From: Patescibacteria group bacterium
GTDB taxonomy: Bacteria; Patescibacteriota; Microgenomatia; UBA8517
DNA: 64,000 bases
Reading direction: 5' to 3'
NCBI GenBank assembly: GCA_041742135.1
Contig: JBGSJG010000001.1
Location: forward strand, 67,151 to 131,150
Shown: piece after piece, positions 50,177-58,602 of the stretch
Layout of the letters: each line of letters starts with the position of its first letter
Position numbering within the stretch: the first letter of the stretch is position 1
Made by a program: the position numbers and the translations under genes
Notes under the pieces: generated by a model
Databases searched by the model: none
The model's input: the letters and a program-made list of their open reading frames with translations, nothing else
Told to the model about the DNA's origin: nothing

Positions 50177-51124
50177 ATGAACAATACTTTTTTACATAAA
50201 AATTTAACAACCATAATAGTCGTTGCTGCCACTGTCCTTCTAGGTGGGGTTGCGGTATTTACCGGGCTTAGGCTTTTTCAGCTTAGAAACGAGCCAGTAG
50301 CTCCAAATGCTCCCCAAAGCGAGCCTCAAGCGGCAAACGAAGGCGTCATTTTGACCATTCCTTTGGAAACTGTAAAAAGAGGCCCCGGACAGCATCTCTT
50401 GGCAACTCAAGATGTATCCCAGTATAGCGGCCTTGTTTGCGAAGTGACTGCAACTGCCCAAAACCAAGGAAGCGTACACCCAGACAACGACTTGGTAGTA
50501 GCATCGGGGGGCGGTAGCGTTGTTGTTCCGGATGTAGAAAGAGAGGCAGGCGGTGTCTTTTCAGCAAGTGGAACTCTGACTTTGGGAAGCACTGTTACCG
50601 TAACTCTTGAAATGGGTCCCGATGAGGTTTTTTCAGCAGGAATTGACGTCTCACTTGATTGTATAGTCCCCACACCAACCCCGACACCGCAAATTGTTAC
50701 GCAGTCCTGTACTGATTTAGCTTTTGCGCTTTCTACTCCAACCTCCACGGCTGCAGCGACGCCTACTGCAACCCCAACGAGCACGCCTACAGCTACACCA
50801 ACTGCCACATCAACTCCAAACATGACACCTGAGTATCCTTGCAACAGTAAATGTACACTGGATAGCCAGTGTCAAAAGACAGACTCAAACTATGTTTGCC
50901 ATGACGAAGCAGGGCAAACAACTTGCAGGCACCGCGCATACACAAGCCAAGAAAACTGTCAGCCGCCAACAAGTACACCAACAAGTACCGCAACCACAAC
51001 TGCACGCGCCACTGCAACAGCAACACCCGCTGCCTTGCCACAAGCAGGAGTTGGAACTCCAACAATTGTGGGTATTGGTGCAGGCATATTGTTACTACTG
51101 GGTGCTTTAGCTCTCGCTCTCTAA
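50177..51124 (+). CDS. Surface protein with an N-terminal anchor or signal, a Cys-rich module, a Thr/Pro/Ala-rich stalk and a C-terminal LPQAG motif plus hydrophobic helix
   Basis: The ATG is at 50177; the ORF track starts at a TTG at 50162. The N-terminus is …GGVAVFTGLRLFQLRNEPVAPNAPQSEPQ…. The Cys-rich module is …TPNMTPEYPCNSKCTLDSQCQKTDSNYVCHDEAGQTTCRHR…. The C-terminus is …AALPQAGVGTPTIVGIGAGILLLLGALALAL. Confidence 0.6.
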   Translation: MNNTFLHKNLTTIIVVAATVLLGGVAVFTGLRLFQLRNEPVAPNAPQSEPQAANEGVILTIPLETVKRGPGQHLLATQDVSQYSGLVCEVTATAQNQGSVHPDNDLVVASGGGSVVVPDVEREAGGVFSASGTLTLGSTVTVTLEMGPDEVFSAGIDVSLDCIVPTPTPTPQIVTQSCTDLAFALSTPTSTAAATPTATPTSTPTATPTATSTPNMTPEYPCNSKCTLDSQCQKTDSNYVCHDEAGQTTCRHRAYTSQENCQPPTSTPTSTATTTARATATATPAALPQAGVGTPTIVGIGAGILLLLGALALAL

Positions 51125-51126
51125 AT

Positions 51127-52299
51127 ATGTTCGATCAAGGACCGCAAGCTTCTCAAACACAAACTATCACTACGGCTCCTCAGGGTGGGAATAAAAAAAG
51201 GTGGATTATACCCGTTATTGTTCTTGCAATAACGCTGCTTGGAGTGGGAGCTGGGGTGTTTCTGACGCAACAAGGAAAAGACATTGTCCCAAGTGGCGCC
51301 ACAGGTATATGCCAACACGACGAGTGTAGCCCCAATGACGCCCCCACCTGTCAAACAAATGGTGCTGGCAATACTGGCTATCAGTGCACATGCACAGCTA
51401 TACTTCAGCCGGATCTGAGGGATTGTATCTACGGAGTTTATGTGTGGAGCTGTGGAAATTACAATCCGAGTGCTTGCCAACCAGCCTCTGCCACAAACCC
51501 ACCCGGGCAGGAATGTTCTCCTGGGCAAGTGGACACGGGCAGCTGTGGAGGCTCTTGTGCCAGTAACCAAAGACCCATAAAGGTTTGCCAAAGCAATGGC
51601 ACATGGGGCCTGACGCAATGTACCAGCGATTCAAGTTGTACTACTCAAGCCACCAATCCGCCAGGGGCTACTAATCCTCCAGCTGGAGGATGTACTGGTG
51701 GAGGAAACACACCGATGACTTGTACTGGCCCTGGAACTTTTGAAGTTCAAACCTGTAATTGTCCCAACAATTCTGGTACTAGCTACCCCGGATGTATTTG
51801 TAATGACAACTGCAGTACCCAAAACGTAACCCTAGCTTCCGGGCAATCTCAAACATTTAATGTTTCGGCCCCCGTTTGTGGAGCCGCACAAGTTGACGTT
51901 AATAACTACGGAGGAGCATGTGCGGGATCCGGCGCAGTATGTACCGCACCACCAGATGCCACAACAAGCTCTTCAGCGTCACCGACAGCTACACCTACAG
52001 ACCAAATTTCAGCCCGCTGTATAAACATAATGGCATACGACACAAACTGGAGCGCTCTTTCGGCTGAGGAACTTTCTGAAATTGGCCCCGGCGACACCAT
52101 CAGATTTGTGGTTGCTGGCAACACATCAAGTGGATCGTTTACCAAGGCAAGGTTTACTATAAATGGAGTCCTTCGCCAAGAGGTGTCTCAAAAGCGGCCA
52201 GGGACAGAAGAGTTTTATGATGAATACACAATTCCGGCAGACGCAACCGGACTTACCGTTGATGCTCAAATTTATCACACTGTTTTGGGTTGGTTTTAA
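51127..52299 (+). CDS. Cys-rich surface protein with an N-terminal anchor and a C-terminal GWF domain
   Basis: The start is taken at the ATG at 51127 (MFDQGPQ…), directly after the stop of the upstream gene. It has more than 30 Cys in repeated CxxC/CxC contexts. The C-terminus …MAYDTNWSALSAEELSEI…IYHTVLGWF is paralogous to 49341..50171. Confidence 0.55.
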   Translation: MFDQGPQASQTQTITTAPQGGNKKRWIIPVIVLAITLLGVGAGVFLTQQGKDIVPSGATGICQHDECSPNDAPTCQTNGAGNTGYQCTCTAILQPDLRDCIYGVYVWSCGNYNPSACQPASATNPPGQECSPGQVDTGSCGGSCASNQRPIKVCQSNGTWGLTQCTSDSSCTTQATNPPGATNPPAGGCTGGGNTPMTCTGPGTFEVQTCNCPNNSGTSYPGCICNDNCSTQNVTLASGQSQTFNVSAPVCGAAQVDVNNYGGACAGSGAVCTAPPDATTSSSASPTATPTDQISARCINIMAYDTNWSALSAEELSEIGPGDTIRFVVAGNTSSGSFTKARFTINGVLRQEVSQKRPGTEEFYDEYTIPADATGLTVDAQIYHTVLGWF

Positions 52300-52304
52300 T
52301 TAAT

Positions 52305-53534
52305 ATGAATCTTAAAAAAGACTGGATAAAAATCGTTTTGATATTAGCCACCATCGTCTTGGGTGGAGTCGCTATGTTCATTGCTCTCAGGCTTTACAAC
52401 CAAAGAGATCAAGCAGTTGCACCCAATGCTCCACAAAGTAATCCAGCAGCCCAGGAAACAGGTGCGTGCCAAACTTGGACTTTAACTTTCGCCTCCCCCA
52501 CGAGTTCCGCCACGTCTAGCTCAACAGCATCTTCCACAGCCAGTTCAACTCCTACCCCGTCCCCGATTGATTGTGTAGAGGGAGAATTTACCGAGACCTT
52601 TGCCAGCTCAAACCTGAATCAATACAACACAGGAGGATCAGGCTCAGCGAGTGTCAGTTCGGGGCAGCTCAACATGACTGTGCAGGTACGCGACGACAAC
52701 ACGGGGAGCTGGGATCCAAGATACTATATCGAGGCAGAAAGACCTATAAGTGGAGCTTTTGACACATCACTTATCGTCAAGAGTCTTTCCGGGCCTAATG
52801 ACTATCAAGGATCGGTACGACTCAACATAGACGATACCGGAGAAACAGGTGCCGCTCCTACGCAAGCTGTAGTCATTGCTGTCGAGAAGGGCCAAGGCAC
52901 TGCACGAGACGTTGAATTTCATACAAACACGAGTTACGCAGCTGGTAATTTTGTACGCAGAAGCATTCCTGCCACAGGCGATGTCACTTTGAAAATCGAA
53001 AGAACCACAAGCGGAGCGGTAATTGGCTATTATGATGTTGGGGCAGGATTTGTAAAACTAGGCGAATATACGGGCATTACCAAACCAATGTACGTACGCC
53101 CCGCTCTCAGATCAGACGACGTTCACAATCGAAACACCCAAGCAACCGCTCAGGTTACAGGCAGCATCGACAACTGGCTTGTAAGCTGTATAACACCCAC
53201 AACAACCGCAACGAGCACTGCGACCTCTACTGCTACTTCTACTTCAACCTCAACATCTACACCAAACATGACGCCTGAATATCCTTGCAATAGTGCTTGC
53301 ACAAGCAACAGCCAATGCCAAAAAACTGATTCCAAATATATCTGCTATAGCCAGACGGGCAGTTGCCGACACTCGGACTACCCAGCGCAATCCAATTGTC
53401 TGCCCCCTGGAGTTACAGGAACACCAAACCCAACACTGCCTCCTGTTCCCCAGTCTGGCGTGAACTTGCCAACTGTTCTTGGAATTGGGCTTGGAGCTCT
53501 TCTAATCCTTGGGGCTTTGGGACTGCTGCTTTAA
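52305..53534 (+). CDS. Surface protein paralogous to 50177..51124, with an N-terminal anchor, a Ser/Thr-rich linker, a beta-rich domain, a Cys-rich module and a C-terminal VPQSG motif plus hydrophobic helix
   Basis: The N-terminus is …GGVAMFIALRLYNQRDQAVAPNAPQSNPAAQ…. The Cys-rich module is …TPNMTPEYPCNSACTSNSQCQKTDSKYICYS…. The C-terminus is …LPPVPQSGVNLPTVLGIGLGALLILGALGLLL. The ATG is at 52305; the ORF track starts at a TTG at 52290. Confidence 0.6.
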   Translation: MNLKKDWIKIVLILATIVLGGVAMFIALRLYNQRDQAVAPNAPQSNPAAQETGACQTWTLTFASPTSSATSSSTASSTASSTPTPSPIDCVEGEFTETFASSNLNQYNTGGSGSASVSSGQLNMTVQVRDDNTGSWDPRYYIEAERPISGAFDTSLIVKSLSGPNDYQGSVRLNIDDTGETGAAPTQAVVIAVEKGQGTARDVEFHTNTSYAAGNFVRRSIPATGDVTLKIERTTSGAVIGYYDVGAGFVKLGEYTGITKPMYVRPALRSDDVHNRNTQATAQVTGSIDNWLVSCITPTTTATSTATSTATSTSTSTSTPNMTPEYPCNSACTSNSQCQKTDSKYICYSQTGSCRHSDYPAQSNCLPPGVTGTPNPTLPPVPQSGVNLPTVLGIGLGALLILGALGLLL

Positions 53535-53535
53535 G

Positions 53536-55971
53536 TTATCTCCACGAGGAAATCCAATAATAACTTTTATCCCACCACTCGGGAACAAAAATCGCGCTCC
53601 AGTGTGGATAAAAATAAACAAATGCCAAAAATATTACCAGCGATGGAAGAAGAAGCCACTTTATTCTTTTTAAGAGACTCGCCAAAATGATTGCCATGAA
53701 GGGCACGGAAGGCAAATAGTGATACAAAAACATAATTCTGGGGCTAATCGCCCAAGGGGTAAAAAGAACCAAGTAGGAAAACACCAAGACTAAATAAACC
53801 ACCAATCGTTTTTTAATGGCCACAAATAGCGAAAGCACGACCGACAGCCCTCCTAGCCAGAAGAAAAATGGATTGCCGTGTGCATAGATGTTAGCGACAA
53901 TTCCATCTTTGTAATTTTGATAAAGGTACACGGGGCGCAGTGTCAAAGGCCAGCTCCACCAGGCTGATGTATAAGGGTGAGTGGCGTTTAGGCCCGAGTG
54001 ATACCACCACATTTGTTTTTGCATTCCCCAAAACGTTTCAAGGTTATGCCCAAAGGTGAACATCGGCAAGTAACTTGCCAAGTAAATCACCGGAGGAATA
54101 AGCAAATACCAAAGCAAACTGAGCTTGATTTTGGGTCTTAGTAAAACAAACGACAGCGCAAAGACAGGCAACATCCACATCGTGCTCCACTTAGTTGCAG
54201 CCGCGAAACCTAAAAATATTGCGCTTATCAAATCGCGCTTTGCCAAAAAGTAATAATAAGAAATCAAGGCAAAAGCGACAAAATAAACATCCGCAGTGCC
54301 AATGCGCGACATGGTTAAAACAAGCCCATCAAGAGCGATAAACAAAGCGGCAAAAATAGCAATGTCGCGGCTAGCAAATAATTTTTTGGCAATTTTATAA
54401 ACCATCAAAACTATTGCGACTCCCAATAGTGCCCCTGGAAGCCTCCACGCAAACGAATGTACACCCAGAACGCCCATACTTGCCGCCATAATTTCTTTCG
54501 CCAACGGCGGATGTGTCCACTCGTATGCAAAGCCCTCGGGGTGAGCACTACTCCAGTGCCAAGGCTTTGGGTCTCCCACAAGCATCTGGCGCGCCGTAAA
54601 CGCATGATAAATCTCATCAAAATAATCCTGTGGGGGAAAATCCAGGCGGACCAAGCGAATAACTAGTGAAAAAAGCAAAATTCCAAAGAGCAATCGCTTT
54701 TCCCATTTAGAGTTTATTCTGTCATCTATTTCTTCTCTCTTAAGACTTTTAAAAAAATTTCTAATGCTTGCAAGTAAAAACTTTGAAGAGGGAACTAGAG
54801 TTTGGCGAATCAGATAAACAAACAAAACAAGATTGATCGCGATTACGATTTTAACAATTATGTCGGGCAGAACTTCTGCAAAATCGTCGGTTATCCACTT
54901 GTAGGAATAAAACATATTCAAAACATAAGTTATCGAAAGCCCGATATAAACGATCCATAAATTCGGCGTTATTGCCGCGGCGATGGCAAGCGGAGCCAAA
55001 GCCGGAAGCATGTGCCTCTCGTGCATACTGGTGAAAAACAAAAAATTAGTTAAAAGAAGGATTGCCAAAGCGTGATAGGGTTTAGCGGTGGTAAGTTTAT
55101 TTTTGAAAACCGCAATTAAACTCACAAAACCCAAGGCTAGAACTCCAAAATTCTTAGCGCTTACAATTCCAGGCAAATCCTTCTGCCAAAAGCCACTTAG
55201 GCCCCAAAAGTTAAATGCGTTGACGCTCGTGTAAGGGTATTGCCCGAGTGTTGCCTCAAATCGGCTGTAAATGAAAGACAAGAGATTAGTAGAACCCGAA
55301 AAAGGATAAAACAACAAAATGATTGTTAGTGCAAAAACGCTTCCGAAGCCAACCATACGGGTAAACTTCCACTTCTTGTAAATCATAAGAGCCACAAGTA
55401 CCGGCAACATCATTAAAGCTTGGGGTTTCACCAGCACTCCCCAACCCAAAATTGCCGCCGAGAGTGGCCACACATTAAATGACAAAATTGCCAGTAGCGT
55501 ACTTAGGCTTGTCAACACATCAACTTGTCCCCAAAAAGTAGAATTGGCCAACACAGCCGGGTTAAGTAAGTATGCGGCTGAAGCCAAAATTGCAGTTTTC
55601 GGACGTGATTTTAAAACGTGATAAATAACGTAACCAACCCCAAGGTCAGCCAGTATCGCGGGCAGCTTAAACAAGACTACAGTATCCAGAAGGTTCGTTT
55701 CTTGGATTCTGGCCAATAATGCCAACACATAAATATATCCGGGGAGGTAATCACTCCAAGCCGCGTAAAACTGGCCAAAGCCAAGACTTGCCGCACGCTC
55801 GGCCCACGCAATAAACGTATTTTGATCAAGACTCAGGGTTCCGAAAGAGGCCAAGCTAAAACGTACTACAAAGCTTCCTAAAAGTAGAAGTACAATGGGG
55901 GACATGAGAAAGTTTTTGATCATTCTTTTTTTATCAACACTTTTTATATATTTCATAAGCTCTCCGGGCAC
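53536..55971 (-). CDS. Large polytopic GT-C-type glycosyltransferase-like membrane protein (PMT/ArnT-like), possibly two tandem modules
   Basis: It is 811 aa with more than 20 predicted TM helices. The second half has a DE-containing first-loop motif (…RLDFPPQDYFDEIYHAFTARQM…) typical of GT39/GT83 families. The first half has a similar topology (…LDQNTFIAWAERAASLGFGQFY…). Confidence 0.6.
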   Translation of the reverse strand: MPGELMKYIKSVDKKRMIKNFLMSPIVLLLLGSFVVRFSLASFGTLSLDQNTFIAWAERAASLGFGQFYAAWSDYLPGYIYVLALLARIQETNLLDTVVLFKLPAILADLGVGYVIYHVLKSRPKTAILASAAYLLNPAVLANSTFWGQVDVLTSLSTLLAILSFNVWPLSAAILGWGVLVKPQALMMLPVLVALMIYKKWKFTRMVGFGSVFALTIILLFYPFSGSTNLLSFIYSRFEATLGQYPYTSVNAFNFWGLSGFWQKDLPGIVSAKNFGVLALGFVSLIAVFKNKLTTAKPYHALAILLLTNFLFFTSMHERHMLPALAPLAIAAAITPNLWIVYIGLSITYVLNMFYSYKWITDDFAEVLPDIIVKIVIAINLVLFVYLIRQTLVPSSKFLLASIRNFFKSLKREEIDDRINSKWEKRLLFGILLFSLVIRLVRLDFPPQDYFDEIYHAFTARQMLVGDPKPWHWSSAHPEGFAYEWTHPPLAKEIMAASMGVLGVHSFAWRLPGALLGVAIVLMVYKIAKKLFASRDIAIFAALFIALDGLVLTMSRIGTADVYFVAFALISYYYFLAKRDLISAIFLGFAAATKWSTMWMLPVFALSFVLLRPKIKLSLLWYLLIPPVIYLASYLPMFTFGHNLETFWGMQKQMWWYHSGLNATHPYTSAWWSWPLTLRPVYLYQNYKDGIVANIYAHGNPFFFWLGGLSVVLSLFVAIKKRLVVYLVLVFSYLVLFTPWAISPRIMFLYHYLPSVPFMAIILASLLKRIKWLLLPSLVIFLAFVYFYPHWSAIFVPEWWDKSYYWISSWR

Positions 55972-57034
55972 AACCCCGTATGACTATTTTACCCGACTTG
56001 CTGATGCAATGCTTCATGGGCGAATCCACCTAACAACTAGCTCTCCATGGCTAAACGAATTGATCCCAATCAGTGGCTTGTATTATGTTGCTTACCCGCC
56101 AATGCCGGCGTTTCTTTCATTGCCATTTGTGGCAATCTTTAAAAGCCTTTGGCAGCAGCAGTTTCTGGCTCACATCCTTGGAGCAGGCATTGTATGCGTA
56201 AATGCTGCTCTGGCATTTAGCATTCGCAAAAACAGAACTATCGCTCTTTGGGTAGGTCTTTTGGCTGGCTTTGGAACAGTCATTTGGTTTTTAAGCTCGG
56301 TTGGGTCTTCTTGGTATCTGGGCCAGCTTTCGGCAGCATTTTTTCTTTCGTTGGCACTTTACGAGTCGTTCGCCAAAAAACGTCCAATTCTTGTGGGCTT
56401 GTTACTTGGTGCGGCATATTTATCTCGTATCCATACGATTTTGTCGGTTGTATTTTTTATACATCTTTTTCGGGCAGAATTTAAAAAGATTTTTCTGTTT
56501 CTTTTGGGCATACTTCCTGCACTCGCCATAAACGCACTTTATAATTTTGCTCGCTTTGGAGTTTTGTGGGACAAAGGTTATGTCCTTATTCCCGGAGTTC
56601 TTGAGGAGCCTTGGTACAAACTTGGAATAATTCATCCAAGTTATATTGTTCGGCATTTAAAAGTAATCTTCTTGTCTCTTCCAGTTTTTCAAGAAAAGTT
56701 CCCCTTCATTCTTCCCTCTTGGGGAGGGCTTGCTATCTGGGTTACGTCCCCTGCTTTGTTTGTGGCTATATTGGCGCCTTTTAATAAACCTGTTATAAAA
56801 ATGGCCGTACTTTCCGGAGGATTAATCGCAGCCCCAATACTTATGCACGGAACTACTGGTTTCGCTCAATTTGGCTATAGATTCTTAGTTGATCTCATTC
56901 CCTTCATTTTTTTACTTATCATGCATGCCCTGCCGGAAAAGCTTAAATGGTGGCACTGGGCACTTTTATTTTTTAGTATTCTAGTTAATGCGTGGGGAGT
57001 GATCGTGATTAACAAACTCGGTTTAGCAGGATAG
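55895..57034 (+). CDS. Polytopic membrane protein, a possible second GT-C-like glycosyltransferase, transcribed divergently from 53536..55971
   Basis: It is 379 aa with about 11 TM helices (…GLYYVAYPPMPAFLSLPFVAIF…). The annotated 5' ends of the two divergent genes overlap by 77 nt, so the true starts are probably internal. Confidence 0.5.
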   Translation: MGDMRKFLIILFLSTLFIYFISSPGTTPYDYFTRLADAMLHGRIHLTTSSPWLNELIPISGLYYVAYPPMPAFLSLPFVAIFKSLWQQQFLAHILGAGIVCVNAALAFSIRKNRTIALWVGLLAGFGTVIWFLSSVGSSWYLGQLSAAFFLSLALYESFAKKRPILVGLLLGAAYLSRIHTILSVVFFIHLFRAEFKKIFLFLLGILPALAINALYNFARFGVLWDKGYVLIPGVLEEPWYKLGIIHPSYIVRHLKVIFLSLPVFQEKFPFILPSWGGLAIWVTSPALFVAILAPFNKPVIKMAVLSGGLIAAPILMHGTTGFAQFGYRFLVDLIPFIFLLIMHALPEKLKWWHWALLFFSILVNAWGVIVINKLGLAG

Positions 57035-57037
57035 CAA

Positions 57038-58105
57038 TTGCTAAGGCGCACCTTCTGTCCTAAAATACTTTCCACGATGGCCAGTAACGCTGAACGTCCA
57101 GTGTGCGAGTATGGAGATGTAATCATTCGCGATTTTAAGCTTGAGGGCATGGTCGCGGCAGATCACAAGAGGGTCAATGTTATTATGCCAAGCGATTCCT
57201 CCGGAGTCGTTCATGCGGAGTCTATTACAAAAATAGTACGAGACCACCTAGATTACAGGGAGAACTCATCGGCAAGAATAGACCAAGCTAGACACGAAGC
57301 TAGGCTGAGGCCAGAAATAGGCCGTGAGTACTTAGAAATGTGTGCTGCGACAGAAGCATACTGGAGCAGCCCAGAACCTGCTCCTGTTCTTTTACTCCCT
57401 TGCATCGCTTTAAGTGCGGATACGGTAGGCTTGACGGAAATCGAATCTGACACTGAAGGGGTACTTGCCGACTTGGCTGGCCAAAGGCGTAACGTCTTGA
57501 TGGCAATGCTGATGGTTCGCAGTGTGACCGCTCAAACAGGCGCACTTTTAGGAGGAGACTTCGCGGCAGACGTGCCATTAACAGACCTGGAAGAACAGCA
57601 TACGGCCTTAGGTGAAGCAATCGAAAGTGCTATTCGCGACTTAAAGAACAGTATCCCAAACCGGCAGGCGTTAGACGTGGTGACAAGCGAAATAAACGCA
57701 TCCGTAGCCGGAGCAAAATTTATACACGGTATATCTCCGTTTGACACCACTCAAATAATTGAACTGGGGCAGGGAAATCTAAATTTGGCACGGCCTACGC
57801 CAAGCGACATTTCGCTCGCAGCCAGCATTGATAGATTGGCTATCCCCTCAAATACTAACCTGCGCTCTTTGGTTATACTGACTGCATCTGAAGCTGCACT
57901 CCAGCTTGCATATAATATCGATAGTACCCCACCTCCAAACATCGCCAAAATTTCTTCTGCAGTTAAAGCCATTAACGTCCTTCTGCCAGCGAACCCAGAA
58001 TCTTCGAACACAAAGGAGATCTTAGAAGCAATGCCGGGTCAGTTTCCTATGGTTGAGCGGTTTGCTTCCACTTGTTTTTCCAAAAAAAGAGGCCTTTTTG
58101 GATAG
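57038..58105 (+). CDS. Hypothetical Ala-rich protein of atypical composition
   Basis: The ORF is 355 aa with no recognised motifs. It looks visibly more GC-rich than its neighbours by eye. Confidence 0.4.
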   Translation: MLRRTFCPKILSTMASNAERPVCEYGDVIIRDFKLEGMVAADHKRVNVIMPSDSSGVVHAESITKIVRDHLDYRENSSARIDQARHEARLRPEIGREYLEMCAATEAYWSSPEPAPVLLLPCIALSADTVGLTEIESDTEGVLADLAGQRRNVLMAMLMVRSVTAQTGALLGGDFAADVPLTDLEEQHTALGEAIESAIRDLKNSIPNRQALDVVTSEINASVAGAKFIHGISPFDTTQIIELGQGNLNLARPTPSDISLAASIDRLAIPSNTNLRSLVILTASEAALQLAYNIDSTPPPNIAKISSAVKAINVLLPANPESSNTKEILEAMPGQFPMVERFASTCFSKKRGLFG

Positions 58106-58134
58106 TCTTCATCTTGACTTGAATATAGTATATA

Positions 58135-58602
58135 ATGACTAAAGTGGACAATCAGAATCCTCAAAATAACCCTCCTCAGGGCGAAACGCCCAAGCCCACT
58201 GGCCCTAAAATTTTAATAGTCGAAGACGACACAACTCTTTCAAAGATGTATGCAATGAAGTTTCAAAGTGAAGGCTTTGAAGTACTAATCGCCAACGACG
58301 GGGCTCGCGGATTGGCACTTGCCGCAGAGGCCAACCCTGCTCTTATACTTCTGGACATGATGCTTCCAAAATACTCGGGCATTGAATTTTTAGAGCAACT
58401 GCAACAGCATTCTCAGCCCATAAAGATTCCGATTATTGCTTTGTCTAATTTAACTGAAAAGCAAGAAGCGGATCGTGCGCTTCAGCTTGGAGTCAAAGAA
58501 TATTTAGCTAAAGCAATGAATACTCCGGAGGATGTGGTGAAAAAAGTAAAGCAGTATCTAGGTATGGCTCAGTCTCCTACTACCCCTTCTACCCAAGCGT
58601 GA
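58135..58602 (+). CDS. Stand-alone response-regulator receiver (REC, CheY-like) domain protein
   Basis: Motifs …KILIVEDDTTLSKMY…ALILLDMMLPKYSG…YLAKAM… cover the acidic pocket, the phospho-acceptor Asp and the conserved Lys. Length is 155 aa with no output domain. Confidence 0.75.
   Translation: MTKVDNQNPQNNPPQGETPKPTGPKILIVEDDTTLSKMYAMKFQSEGFEVLIANDGARGLALAAEANPALILLDMMLPKYSGIEFLEQLQQHSQPIKIPIIALSNLTEKQEADRALQLGVKEYLAKAMNTPEDVVKKVKQYLGMAQSPTTPSTQA

Noticed and set aside
50700-53400. Diversity-generating retroelement template/variable-repeat pair, suspected from the ~130-bp similar segments at about 50.8 kb and about 53.25 kb.
   Set aside because: The differences between the copies are not adenine-specific. 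No reverse transcriptase (YxDD) ORF is present in the window. These are ordinary paralogous Cys-rich modules.
58113-58134. TTGACT…TATAAT-like promoter immediately upstream of the REC gene.
   Set aside because: The spacer is only about 11 nt and the TATAAT overlaps the ATG, so the geometry is not convincing.
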